From Balanoglossus misakiensis (Eukaryota; Animalia; Hemichordata): 64,000 nucleotides of DNA. This document shows positions 34,535 through 49,324 of this stretch, one piece after another. The DNA is taken from NCBI GenBank assembly GCA_040954595.2, contig CM082584.2, positions 13,695,337-13,759,336 on the forward strand, read 5' to 3'. The position numbers and the translations under genes are program-made. Position 1 is the stretch's first letter. Each line of letters begins with the position of its first letter. The notes below the pieces were generated by a model. It was not told the origin of the DNA. It did no database searches and saw only the letters and a list, made by a program, of their open reading frames with translations.

Positions 34535-37500
34535 GTAAGTCCGCCTGGAAGAAGCGAGTCAAATGTTTCAAGTGTGGTGACATTGTATCGTGTTGTGTAT
34601 GTATATACAGCATGTACTACACTATGTGTGTACCATTTCTTTTGTGGAAATGAACATCGGCGGGCCCTTTCTAAATATGTAAATAGTTTTTTTTTTTATA
34701 TCCGTCTACTATACGAAATTGTGATACAAACGTACACAGCGCCCGAAATTCATCAAAAGGGCAGTCACTTGGAAGCAATGGAACGCAAAGTAAAAACTGC
34801 AAAGTATCCGTTCACCGAATCAGTGACTTTCCCTAAGGGGGAAACAGGAATGTATGCGAGTTTACGCTATCAATCCGTGAAAATGCGTATATCATCAACT
34901 CTTGATAGACTGTAAGTAGGTGACGACAAAACCGTCTAATCAAACAAATCCAGACCATTTAAAATGACTGTAATTTGCAGAACGCATAAGTAACAAGTTC
35001 GTCTGCGCTAGATTTATTATAAATCAATTATTCGAACTTATCCTAGGGTCTTTTGGATAATTTAATGATATACATGCTTACTTTGATAACTAGGGTTCAT
35101 CGATTTGAGCGTTTAGTTTTAGTTCAGTACAAAAATGCAAAACGGCTAGCAACAACAGTGACGACAAGTGGACTTGTTTGTGGTGTGGCTTATATTATTC
35201 GAGTGTCTACAATCCTTTCATCTGTTTTGTGTCATATACATTATACATGTATGGTTTCACTAAACAGGGTAGCTCTGCGTGGCAGGGTGGTGTGTACCGT
35301 ACCATAGCTCGAGGTTTTGCCAGGTTTATTGTGTGGACGGCAGGCAAAACCGCGAGCTACTGTACTGCAGCTATACACTTTAATGTTAAGCTGCAAATCA
35401 ACGAGGGAATTCCTTGTCAGGTTTTTATTTTGGGAATGTTGGTTCATGCAGAATTTGTCTGTCATGTCATTGTGACATTTCATCAAAAACACCAGATGCA
35501 GGATAGAAAACCTCCACCAGTCATCACATTTATTAAATTATTAAACATTTTAAATTTTTTAATGGCAATTGGTTAACGCATTTTCTTGCTGGTGTCTAAT
35601 ACTGAACTTAAACTGTACATGCTGTACTTTAGTAATGCAAGCATTCCACACGCAATGCCTGTGTTCTATAAGTGGCGGTTGCTATCGATTAACCACAGGA
35701 AGAAATATTATCACTCTGTTCCAAGCTTCAAAGACATTCCAGTATTCAATGGGTTGAATGTCCCTAGCTGTGAATCGGTGTACATGGCTCAGTAGCCACT
35801 GTGTTGCATATTTGTCGGTCTGGGGGGTTTAACTCTGCACTCAGGGAAACTGCAGGTGTACAGACAATTTGACTAGATCTCCAAAATGTTTCAAAATGGC
35901 TGTTTAAATTTCCATCAAATTTAACATTGGTTCTTGGAAAATGCCCAAATGTTGTATATGAAGCTAGTTATGTTTTCATCAGTTATATAAAGATGCACTT
36001 CAAGAAAATTAGTTAAAACTTTACCTTTATTTAAGTTATTCCATTTGTAATTATGTAAGTCATATTTGAAATGTGACTTCACAAAAGACGTTTATTTCTA
36101 AGGCCCTTATTGTACTTGCACATGTAGTTATTAGAATTTGATATGGTTTGTGATTCATACCGACTGCAGCAGGGTTAATTACATATATTTCGAGGAGAGG
36201 TTATGTTACATTGAGGACAAGTTGTTGCTTTTTAAAGACATGTAGCAAAGGGTATGAAATTTCATAATCTAAAAACAGGAGAAAAAAATGTTCGCTCTTC
36301 TTCCATCATGCCCCAGGAAATTAGGCCCTCATCCAGTTTATTTGCATGTTAAATCTTAACCCTTCCTCCCTGAATTTGAATGTAGGAGCCCAGATTTAGC
36401 ATGGAGAACAGTAGGATTTGATTTTTGCTCAGTGATGGAGAGGTTAAACTGTATGATATGTTACGTCTTTACCTGTCAAGTGCCAAGATGTGGCGAATTA
36501 TCCTGGTTGAGTACCCAAGGAATGTTGACGGCATTTTATTGAGTAATTTTAATGCACCCAAATGTCAACACTACTCGACAGGGAATATTTGTTTTATCGT
36601 GTTGTGTCAGCCCTCAGATTAAAAGCAATACCGCACTCCCTGTTTTCGGTAAATACAAGACTCCAGAATATTGAGACAGGCAATGACAGATGTCAGGCCC
36701 TTGTTAGGTTTGAAATGCTCGGAGAAATTACATTTTATAATTGGACGATGGGCATTCTGATGGCTATATTAGTTTCCACCTGTTATGCTGCAGCAGATTT
36801 TTTGACATGGCAGCTCTGGAGAAACAGTGGGATTTTGATGAGCGGCTTGTGTTTACAGTAGAATGAATGACAGTGATGTGAGAGCTTTGATGAAGGAGCA
36901 GCTGTTATCCTTCATCCAGTCAGCATATCTTCAAATCAAAAATAATATTTTTTAGCTTTCATTTGCTATAGTTGTACCTGTGGGAGCTTATATGGGATCA
37001 TTCAGCCTCTGCCTGCCTGTATATACGTACACGTAAGTAGGTACTTACATGTATGTATGTATGTGTGTAATGAAACAGTCATCCTGTTGTGAACTTGGTC
37101 AGCGGTCTGGAATCTTTGGTGACAGTGCAAGTTGGAAGTCCTGGAATTTTGGCTTTTAGTGACATGTAATTTGGGAAATCCATACATACATGTAGACCTG
37201 GGCTTGCAATACGGTATTCATTATCATCACATCAGGGATGGAGATGGAAATTTCACGAAACTGATTAATTTCAATTTATTCTGTTCCTCCCAAATGAAAT
37301 GCACAGCAACTGTGACCTCAGGGGTATGCTCATTTCTTTAGATTAGAGTGGGCTGTCGCTTCTTTCAAATTTCTTTGCAATAATTTAAATGAAAATACTA
37401 TTATTAACATTTTTTCTGTTAGAATAGCAGGGGACATGTTCAGTAATTCTCTTGAAATAGTGTTTAGACTACTGTTTTGTGATATCACTCCACTCAGACA

Positions 37501-39560
37501 CTTGTCCTTCATTAATTATTTGTGTTACCTCTTACGCAAATAAGATGCTTCTGTTTGTTGGGAAGATTTATGCAAGATAGTGAGTAAAACAGATCGCTGG
37601 TGTTACAGGATATTTTTACAACACGTTTTAGAAGAGAGACCGAGATGGAGAGAGCGAGTAAAATTTATGGCATAACATCGCACACATGTCGCCATACAAA
37701 CACACGTAGGCAGTTACACAACTGCCAGAATGTTTTGTTAAAAGGCAAACTGTTGTGTGCACATACAAAACATTTAGCAAACAGCAGGTTGATATTTTTA
37801 CCATATTTCATATTTACACATAAGTTCTTGTTTTGTGTATTTTAAAGTAAAATATTGCATCTCAATATTTTTATTGTGTTACTCTGGTGATACGTGAATA
37901 ATATAATAAATTTCTCAGTGATACACATTATTAGTAATACACAGCGCAGGATTATTTAAGAATTTTCTATGATCCAGTGCTTGAACTTTGACCTCCCATG
38001 GGGTCATTTGGGTTCATATCCATAGCTACGAGGGCTGCAGACCAGTATCAACATGATTAGTTTGCGGGTGGTTTACACACAAGGGAATGTTACCCTGTAG
38101 TAATTTTCAGTCCATTGGCTTGCATTTCTTTTGAGAAGTCTCCTCTGATTTGAAATCTAAAGGAAAGGAAAGAAATGTACACAACACTGACATGAACAAG
38201 CTACAACACATACCAGAAAGAAATTTTCGTGAGATCAGAGAAATTTTACCCAACAGTCACTCACTGGCATATTTGCACTCTGTGCCATTTAATCATGGAA
38301 ATGCACCTTTTAGATTGAATCGAATTAACCTGATTATATTATTAAAAAAAAACATGAATATGGGAAACAGATTCATTCATTATGAGATGCAATAACACGC
38401 ACCAAAGTCAATTTCATTTCACCCTGGGCGGTACACATCAAACGTTCGTTACATGCTCTAATATTTTTGCGTTTCACTTTCATAAAGCAATGCAGAGATT
38501 GAAGAGCGGCTAGATTAAAATCAGAAACAGACTTCCGGAAAGTGATTTAAATTCCACTTTGGGAGATTATACATCTCGGCAAATCATTAGGGTCAGGAGC
38601 ACTGACCTTTCTTTATGGAAAATATATTTTGAAGCAGGGCAATATTTGTGCATTGCAGAGATTTCTTTTCCTCTTTTGGCGCAAGCCGGATAAGAGGAAC
38701 TCCGGATTCCTTGGAGAATTTTGCAGTTAATTCTGTCTGTGGCCTTTATGTACCTGAAGTAAGCCCTTAGAGAATCTTCGTTCTGTATTTAACCGTGTAG
38801 CAGACTTAGTAATTGTGAACAAATGTGGCAGACTGGTTTGTGGTGTCAAATTTTCTGGAAAGTGATCTCTGGCACACAGGAAGTGTACATCAGAGATCTA
38901 TTTAGAGTTGAAAGGAATACCACATGATTATAAAAGCAGTCACTTTTACCCATTTTATATATTAGTACATGTTAATGTGTGTTTTGAAGATTTCCCATTA
39001 TAAAGCACTTAGCATCTTGTAGCTATGGTCATTTCTGCTCATGTCAGGCACTGTGCATGTACATGTATAAAATGAAAAATATATATGTGCGGAAAGTTTA
39101 GAAATAACTGCCAGCAGGTACATTCACCTTGGTTTGTTTGAGATGTCATGGAAAGACGTGTAGTATCGATGAGAGATTATAATCTTGAGAGAGATTTGTG
39201 TTTGCTTCATACGTACATGTATGACAGCTCAGGAAGACTGTTTTTTAAAGACAGCATCTGTACTAATTCATGTTTTTATGTATGCCATGTCGCATACAGA
39301 ATCCATGACAAATGCGATAATAGATGTATATGGCAAGGTGTTTGCATCATTTCATTGAAATATGATCGATTGATATGTTTCAAACACCAGATGTATCCTA
39401 CATTAAAGTCATAAATGTCATCTTGAGAGATGTCTGTCTCCAGAGCTTCTGTCAGATTTATCAAAATACGTAATCCCTCTTCTATGAAACCTACAGTAAC
39501 ATTTGCAGCAGCTGACCCAACATCAACTCTTAAATTTACAATACTGTATTGCACAGAAAC

Positions 39561-39802
39561 ATTGCCATAGTGACATGCTCGTATGGTAATTATGAGCTGT
39601 CTCATGACACATTGATTTTTCTTGAAATTGCTTGGCTGTTGCCGTGGCAGTTTTATTTTCATCCCACAAAAGTTTCATGATTATCTGCTTGTGTTCCATA
39701 ACATTGATTGGCAAGGGTAGCGGTTCGAACATTTTAACCAATTCGCAGTTTCATGGTGCGCTCTCTTTTCTGATGAAGCTGATTGGCTGTTGCCATGGAA
39801 GT
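39561..39802. promoter_or_regulatory. Cluster of RFX X-box-like motifs with CCAAT boxes
   Basis: ATTGCCATAGTGAC (39561), GTTGCCGTGGCAGT (39638), GTTGCCATGGAAGT (39789), two GATTGGC. Confidence 0.4.
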
Positions 39803-42800
39803 TATCTTAAGCATGTCATTATGGGTAATTTCACGATGTCTGTTGTTTCCATCATGGTCGGCTGTTGCTGGGATTAATTACATGTATTTATGCACAGAAT
39901 CTGAGATAATGATAATATGTGGATATGAAATGCCTTGTGGATGATGTGCTACAGAACAGGAAATGTCAGGAAGTATTTGGGAGGGAAATGGAGGATGGGT
40001 GGGAGAGTTTCCCCAGTGGAATATCCCAAAAGTAAACAACAACAACAACAACAACATAAACCCTGGAGCACTGGTCTTACAATTGTACATTCATGTTTGT
40101 AAGTTCACATTTTTTGACTTGTGAGTGTTTAGAGTGCCAACAATAAAGGTATGTGCATGTGGCCTTGTCCCTGTGTTGAGAAGTGTGGTTTCGACAGCAT
40201 GCTTGTAAATGTGAATGCATTTGTGCCAGTTCTGACCTTATTTGACCTCTTCCGACCTTGCCTATGGTGGCATTGTACATTGTTGTGTGTGTTATTCGGG
40301 AAAGGGTTCAAACGACAGACAAAAAGTAACGAAATTCGAGAAGTCCAGCAACAGCAACAGAATTACCTCAGATGTCTGCCAGCAGAATTACTGAAACCGT
40401 GGAAACAGGATAAATTTGAAATTTTCCAGGTGATGTGCTTTGGGCATGTGTAAACCGAGATGAATTTCTAATTTTAGAAACAAGTACATTACATGCAGTC
40501 ATGCATATCTTCAGTGGGGCGGCATGTCACACATGTCCATGTTGCATGTCAAGGACCATCCTGTGGTTTAAGACGGAATTCATCCTTCAGTTATTAATAT
40601 GACCAAAAAAGATTACAGTGCTGTTTCAAAAGTGGAATAAGTTGATCTTTTTTGTCCACTGCCTGGCAACTGTAAGATGTGATCACACATATACAGTGTG
40701 TGACACATCAATGATGTTTGTATTTTGATTGTACATTGCAAATCCCAATCACTGCGGCCATTGTCAAAAGCATAGCACCACAGGCAGTTTGATCGACAAG
40801 GCGAAGTTTGGTGATGTCAAGTTAATCCACTCTGCTATTTACGGAACTGGTGGTATAATGAACAGAACTGTTGAGAAAAACAGTAGAAGCCATCAAGCAT
40901 GTACTCCTGAGGATCATGAGATTGTACATGGTACTGTTGTTAGTAAGGTGTTTGGAAATGATGTTGTTGGTTTCATGAAAGTATAGAGCAAAGGAAATAA
41001 GGGCCAAACATTCAGTGTCTTCAGTCACAAAGTTTTCAGTTGCAAGCCAATTCAATTTTAAGATTTCTGAATCAAAGTTTAGCATGCTGTTGTGAGTAGG
41101 ACAAGAAAGTGTACATGTACATGTAGTTGATACACACAACAAAAGTACTGGAAAAATGGGGAAAGTTTGTACCGTGACAGGTAGTAGACCTTTCAGAGCC
41201 AATATTAAACTGGAGAGATAAGACTGGGTTTTAGATCACCGGTATTATTTTCACTAAGTTGAATGTACCCAGCAGCTGAATTTAGAGAAGACAGAAAACT
41301 GAAAATCGAATAAATAGGACAAAAGTTGGCAACCATGGAATTCAGGTCTCTGTCGGAATCCAACCATTGAAACATTTTTGTTGAAGCGATGAATGTAGAA
41401 TCGACAGTTTTTGTGTGGATGTTACCGGTGGTATTGTGGTCTGTAACAGTTGTTAGATCAGGCCATTTTTTTCTTTCTGTCATGTCTTTGACGAAACATC
41501 AATGAACAGTTTTTGGGTTTTTATCGTCATTCAGCACGGAGGCCAGTCGATCCTTGCATTCAGCTGCACAAAAGACCAGTGTTCCAGTTATTTGACTCTT
41601 ACAAGTAGTGCTACATGTATGTTGTTTGCATTTGTGAAAAATGAAATTCAGTGTAAGGGATTATCGATATAAAATTGTTCTGCTAGTTGTTTGGAGTTTA
41701 ATGTACTGTTCAAGCGGTTAATAAATACATGTAGTTGCATACATTTCTGCAGGGGTTTCCGAAATCAATTTCAGTCTGCAGGCTGAAATCTCAGTTTAGG
41801 TGCATTTGTACTTTCAAACGAATGTTCTGTAATTTTTCATACTGAAGACATCATACTTGGTATACACTGACTTGTTCTCTCCAGTGAAGAGTTGTGTGTG
41901 TTTCAATTTTCATCTGTATACATGTATCTGTACCAATGGAAGTTTCCAGTGTGGTACGCATACCATCAGAGTTTGTCATTCTGTTTCGTCAATTGCTTCT
42001 CAGGCCGGCATCATGCGGCATGTGCAAAATTGTCTGTTCCAGTCTGCATTTGCCAGTTATTAATAAATCGTCGAATGCAATATATACACATTCTACCGGG
42101 GTATAAGCTTTTCCTGCATTTATTTGAAGAAAAAAAATTTCTATTGAACTTATGAGACACCTGTCAACACAGCCTAGCAAAACTCTTATGAACATTTATC
42201 TATGGTCAAATTAAATTACTTGGCTCTCAAAATATGGGTGCATGTGAAGATATGCAGTTTTGTATGTTTTTTACGCCTGATTGAACATGCCAGTATGCAT
42301 GCTGCAAACAGCCACCTGCAATGTCAAAATCATATTAGAACAATCATGATATATCGAGTGATCAGTTCTTTTGTCAGTGTTCACAATCTGTCAATAGAGG
42401 GCATTCTTTCCTGTGTCAGTTGCAGTTGATTTTTTTTGATATTCTCTCATTAGATCCAAAAAGAAAAAAAAGCCAAGGAGCCAGGTGGTGATGGAAAGTA
42501 TAAATAATAGTATTGTACTTGAATTCAAAGGAGGAAGTGGAAATTTGAGCTGCAATTTCACAGAATATTAAATTTGACATTCTGGTGTATCGTATGTGAC
42601 AGGTGTAACCTGTGACCATATCCTTTACTTCACCTGAAAAAAGAAATTGACATCAACTTCTCAAATCCTCCGTTTCAAGAGAACCAGGGGAAGCGTTCTC
42701 CTCTATCTTCCCTCACACCATTCTAACAAGCCAGAGCCTCTCTGCTGCTCCACACAATGATAAAGAGACTTGTAGTGTTCGACAAAGTTTCATCTCTGCT

Positions 42801-43575
42801 TCTCTCACATTTTGCTCCCTTCCAAAAACATCATTGAGTGAGTGGTGTTCTCCCCAGGAATTTATGATAACAGACTGGTTAATTTCCATAGCAATAGATA
42901 TAATTGATATGTTAATGAAGTTTTGTGTGTGTGCAATTATAAAGAGCAATGGCCATCTTGCTTTCATTGCTCTGAGGAGAAAATGTGTGTAAAACAGAGA
43001 GAAAACAATCCTTAAAATGGCCATTTATATTACACATTTCCCCTAGACCTAACCAAGGTGAGCTGAGTCATTTTCCCCAGTTCCCCCCCCCCCCCCCCCC
43101 CATTGTGTTTTCCCTGGCCCACTTCACTTCACCAGTAATAACGCTCACTTTCATGCCTAATGAAATTTGGCACCCGTAGATTCCAAGCGATTTCCCCAGA
43201 CAGCTGCCTGGAATGCATGGTGCACAGCCGGCCCTGGTTGAGCTAGAGAAAATTACAGTGTAAGAGAGAGAAAATTTGAAATTACATCCAGTTGGCTGCC
43301 CAGGTTGTATTGCGATGACGGTTTGATAATTCCATGAAGTGGAATGGTGTGAAATACATGTTGATGTATTTTGCTCGTTGTGTTGTGTAACTTTCAGACA
43401 GACAAAAATGGCTTTCTTTTTATGATATGTCAGAGGTACATGTACATGTAGTCTTCTGTTCGTATAGTGGTACTCAAGATGATATTACAGATACATGACA
43501 TACTTCTGTGACTTGTGAATTGTGTGTACCAATGGATGATAAACAGAAGTCAGTAAGCTGAACAATACAAAATAA

Positions 43576-43658
43576 CCCTTTCACCACCATGGTTTGGTCC
43601 ACATCCATCGTTTCTGTGGTAAAGTTGGACCTTTATAAAGGGGAATGGGGTGAAAGGG
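43576..43658. mobile_element. 83-bp piggyBac-like MITE
   Basis: ATAA|CCCTTTCACC...GGTGAAAGGG|TTAA. Confidence 0.65.
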
Positions 43659-46600
43659 TTAAGTGAAACAGAAATATTCTATTCTAAACATTAAAAATAA
43701 CATTAGCAACTTCTATAGTGCTGAGCAGACAATTGTTCTTTTCAGCATTTTTGTTTGTGGTGCTTGTTTGCGCCAGTCTCAGTACAGTCAACCTGCCTGA
43801 AATAACCATAGCTTGGCGAGCAAATATGGTGTCACTAGTGAATCTTTTGTGTCAATGGTGTGTGATACTGGCTTGTAAGGCACATCACACTGACTGAAGG
43901 ATGATAGCAGAGATCACACTGGAGTGATTGCAAGGAACAGGCAGAAAACATCACTTTCTACAAGGTTGTTTTAATTTTGAAGGCTCCTTACAGTGAACCT
44001 TGTGACCTAAATCAACCCCCACTGATCCAGGGACATCAAATTGTTGTGTCTGAGTTATTTGAGAAGGTCTATGTTGATCTGATTTGCATGACAAAAATTA
44101 GACAAGTTTCCATAAGAAAGTGCTTTGTACTTTTTTGTCTCTATTTCATATGAAGTAGGTTAAGTTTTTAAAACATTTTCTTTTTAAGCAAAAATCATGA
44201 CATTTTGTTGATGTAGTGATAGTTGAGGAAACATAGAAAACTGCATGTAAGTTATCAACACAATATATACAATTGAATTGTATGAAATACATGACATAAT
44301 CATGCGTGGCTGCTATGTAGCAATGTGGATGTACATAGTGTGTAAGTGTGATATCAGGCTTACATTTGTCTGTATCAGAAAATCGGAAATCATTATGTTG
44401 GCAATAAAACAAGATGTATAAATCAATCAGTCATCTCTTTATTCAACAGAGGGAACCATTCATTAGGAACAATAACGAAAAGTGGACCATTCATCAAAAT
44501 TGGTGCATGACCTACATCTGAGTGTCGAGCATCTGAAGTAATTGATTATATGAAGTATTTGCAGGGACAAACAACATTGTTTTATCCCCAAATGTTAGAA
44601 TTTTCTTTTATTTGGCCTGGGGTGACTGAGGGAATTGTGCCCACTCACAGTCAGATGTGTATGTACACAAACCATGTACAGAAATGGCGAATTGTTGAAA
44701 TTCTGCTCTGCACTTCTTACCCGGCGAAATTACCGGTATAACTTCAAAATGGACCATCAATCTGGCACCTGACCACTAAGTTGAAGTGGGTTTTATTTGC
44801 TGCTTGTTCAGTTGTTGATTCTTGTGGAATGTTAAGAGTCTTGAATGGCTCACACGCAGCACAAACTTGAAGTCAAATTACCCTGACTTTATGTGTGGGC
44901 TTGTTGGAGTTGCAATAAAATGATTGCTATGTGTTGGCGCTCATGGTCATAGGGATGTTTATTGTGACAATGCTGGTCGGTGAGAATGTGTAAAGAAATG
45001 TTGAAAGCAGGGAATACATGTGTTGTTACTGTCTTGGTTAGGTTTTCCTCTCAGAAAGGAACTAATAAGGTTTTGGTATCCACTACAGACATATTTGCAA
45101 TTGGAGTCAGAGCGTGTCTGTTTCACTATGGTATTTCTGTCAGCTCTTTGGAGACGTACATGGAAATTTGTATCGATGGGGAAAACCATAATGGAAACTG
45201 CACCTGTGTAGTTGTAGGTTTGTCACCAGTGTTTTAAAACTTGTCTGTGATCACACTTTGGGAAGCCTTTTTTTTATAAGTACATGTAAGTTCCAGAAAC
45301 AATTTTGATAAAACTTATTAAAAGATGCAGCTTATGTTGGGAGAGTCCATGTTAGTATATACTGGTATTTCATAATTTATATTGATGTAATAACTTCATG
45401 GAAAAGTGCACACATACATTATACCCACTCTGCATTCTCTGATGTAGTGAAGAGCGCCCCCACAAGGTGATACATGAGGAAACTGGGATGACCGTTTGGT
45501 TCAGAATAAAAAGACCTGTAGACTGAAATCACATGGTTTGACTGATAAAATCCTTAGTCAGACATGGTGCGATTTTCACCAGTATCCTCAGACACTTCCC
45601 CTACACCCCCCTCTTAATATGTGGACACATTGTGTAATTCAGAATCAGATGGCAAGCATACCACGGTAGAATGCATCCATCGTGTCTGTCCTGCACCACA
45701 TCAATCACGTTGACAGTGCCATGTTGGATGGTTCGTTCTGCTCTAAAAAAACGGAACTATTGAATTTTTGAAAGCAGGCTGTCATATATACATTACCATA
45801 TGGCATGTTTGATTTTTCTCTGTCTGTAGCTTCAAACCGAGCAGCGCTTACTGCATGTATACATACATGTGTCTTCAAAACCACAGACTATACTATCCAC
45901 ATCCCCTGTTCCCAGGCACTTAAAACTCTGCAGAATGCAGTTAAAGTAGTCTTCATTAAAGATTTAAGATGATCGTTCTAGTTTGAACAGCTGCAGTGAG
46001 CGGTACATTAAAGGTGTTCTGTTCGCGACAATTTGCGGATTCATCACACGAAGAAAACGGCGAATCTGAAGTCGCATGCCTGCCGTGATAGTTTTACAAT
46101 TACGACACAGTCCATTTCCCAAGCAATGTTGCAGAAACGTTGTTGAAACATCTCGGGTCGTAAAAACAACAGCTGGCCAGTACCAAAGGATGAATTGAAA
46201 AAAGAGAGAAAGAAAAAAAAAATGGACGATCTGTTGTGTAAATTTGTAATTACAGTGAATGATGTCATTGTCCAGTGTGAAATATGTTATTAGCTGGTCT
46301 CCCCTGTGTCTGTTGTACAGAAATTATTAATTGCTGTTGGCATAGTCATGGACTGTTGAAAAAGTAAATTTTGCATTTCTTTGCCGTATACTCAATGAAG
46401 TTGCAAACGTTGCTGGAGTGGCCCCCAAAAAACAAGGTTAACCGTTTAGGTGTTCATGTTCTGTGACTCCATATTTGTTAACTTCTTGTCACCAAAAGTA
46501 TCAGTTGACGTCTGTTGACATCAGTCTTAATAGTTCATATTTCCAATTACTTAAAAGTTGTTTCCTGTTCAGATTTGAGTTTTAATGCAACTACCACATG

Positions 46601-49324
46601 ACTAGTTAGCCTGAGGATGGATTGTATCGATATACGTGCGGTATAGTTACAGAGGCAGCCAGGCTCCATTTTGTGAGTGGGCCTTAATTCCACTGGGGCC
46701 CAATTTCTTCTACATCATATTTCAGCCTCAAGCCAACGCAACTTTCCAGAGTTTTTTCATCAAGTTGGACATCCTTTTTCTTGGGAAAACTTGCTTGTTT
46801 CCAAAGTTGTTCTTAATGATTCAGTACATGTATGTACAAATGCATCAATTCAAATAATAAAAATAATATTCATGATATAAGTTCCACCTCCAAAAGACAA
46901 AGATAACATTCGTTATGCATTGGTGGATTAATTAGCAGAATTTTGGAGCAAACCAGAAGGGAAATTGACTAAATGTTTAATTCATGGATGATATGTGATC
47001 AGTCCAACCCCTCCACCCCTCTGATCATGCGTAAAAATTACTTTATTAGAAGGAGATATGAAAAAGGTCAGTGAGGGTTGTTTGGAAGCCACCATGCTTT
47101 GTAGGTGATGTCTGGTGAGATGGTTGTATTAAAAATGAGTGAGGGCAGTCTTCTGTGAGATAAACACTGATGCCTATCCATACAAGATCTTTGCACACGT
47201 CACGGTCGACACTCTGAAGGATGTTCTGTGCAGACTCGTCGGAACCATACATGAGACGATGTGATTGTTCCCAATTTTGTCACTTTCTCTGTGCAATTAT
47301 CCTGGCATACACTCTGTGTATAAGTATTATGCACAAGTGTTTTTTCACTTTGTAGCCAATATTAGCCGACACTTTTTTTTCTCTTCCTGAGTCCAGATCA
47401 ATTTTACTGGATATTTTTTGCCTGAATGGAGATTGCCAACCCATCATATTGAGAGAAAGACATAAAAAATGACATGCAACTTGTGATCTCTGAATGTATA
47501 GACAGGAAAGGTTGTTGCCAAATTTGCATAGAGAAAATGGCATAAATGAAATCATTACGACAAAAATAAGCCATGTAATGAAGCCTATTAATCAGATTAT
47601 CAGTGCTTTAGCGACATGTAGTGCATTGACACCACCACTTGGCACAAAGCTACAGGCAGGCTGTCTGGAAACTACAAGCGATAGTAGCTGGATTTTGAAT
47701 CTTCCCAATGTGGAAATATACTGAGTGGAATAATAATATTCTGAAGTAATGCCGGACATGCCTATTCAGCAAACGCTTTCTAATAATCCATGCCGTTCAT
47801 TGATAATTGGCAACCTGTCTAATCTGGACACTTGGCAAACAGGAATTGGACACCCAGCATCCCCCGTCTTCGTAACACGTATTTTTGTAAACCGAACATC
47901 TGTGTACAGTGAAATTTTCTCTGACACTCCTAGTTCTATAATAAAAAAGTCATTTATAGCTTAATCTGTACCATCTTTGCAAGTTTAACATATAATCAAT
48001 TACATGTTTCCTTCCAGTTGCAACTGTAAAAGTTTAGAACTCGACTGTCTTGTCAAAAAAGCCAGAGAAAAGTGATGATTGTGAGATGCATGTGGAGACA
48101 GCTACTTACTGTCAATGTTTTTGTAGTCAGCATGACTGGTTTATTTGCCCCTAAATATATTTTGTCTGACCTGCTGTTGCATTTTGACATCATGATGCGG
48201 TCGTGTCGCCATAATTAAGATCTGTTTTATTTAGCTGTAGTAATGATGAAGTCGAAGTCAGACATCCTGAATGTTAATTTAGATCTATTCATTGACTTGT
48301 CTATTCTCACAGTTATCAGATCAAGTGGCATTTTTTTGAGGCAGAGGGAAGTGTGCTGTTGATGGGAAGTGTAACAACAGGGTTCATTAACGACTCCTTT
48401 TTCCACCTTGGTATTCATGATGGAAAGTTGTCAACCAGTGTTCACACTTCCCGGGAAAATCCTGGAATTACTGACCATTCCTTGAAAAGTCTTTGAGGAT
48501 CCTGGAGGATCCTGGAAAATGTAAACAAATTCCCGAAGATCAAGTCCTGAAAAATATATGTAGCTTTCCATTATGATATTGTAAAATGTTAATTATTGTG
48601 AAAAATGGTTTCGCTTGGGTTCATATAATTGTGAGGAGTTTGTGCGGTAGTGCTGAATTTAAGGTAAAAACACAGAATTCATACCTACATTATGTAAGCA
48701 GCTTTCACTTTTATGTGAGTAAAGACATTGCATCATTAGGCTGTTGTCAGTCTAACATACATGTAGAGGGCGAGATTTCAGTTGTAATAACCAATCATTC
48801 AACACATTCCAGTGAGCAGACCAAGCTAGCAAGTGAAATAAAACAACAAAATCCTCTCGAAATAAGTGATTTGTCCAAATTTGATCAATGGATTTGGTAT
48901 AATCTGTGATATTGATTATTCGGTCGCAAAAGAAACGTCGCTTTGGTGGCAAATTTTGCTGTGATTCCTTAAATTGTCAGTTTTTTTCACGGCACCATAC
49001 CACTGCCATTAATGATTGGCAACTGCAATGAGTGAAGTGAGCACGAAGGGACATGAACTTGTGCCTTGATGTGACAAGCTTAAATTGTCAATGTCAGGTG
49101 ATGGTTTCTGAAGTCTTCGCTGTTGTAGTGTTGATGTCATCTTTTTACGGTCATTGCAGAAATACACATTTATACAAATTGACCAATGATGTCGGAAGTT
49201 GTATCATCATACATGTACTCTAAATGCGATGGTTACATTTTTTCTTCAAGGAAAATGTGTTTCTAGTGGGGGTTTTTTGGATGGAGCAATAACATCAACA
49301 TATGATCCAAACTCCAAAGCTTAA

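Noticed and set aside
43171-43192. CACCCGTAGA resembling the miR-99/100 5' end (also TACCCTGTAG at 38091, miR-10-like)
   Set aside because: The match stops after about 10 nt and I see no precursor hairpin
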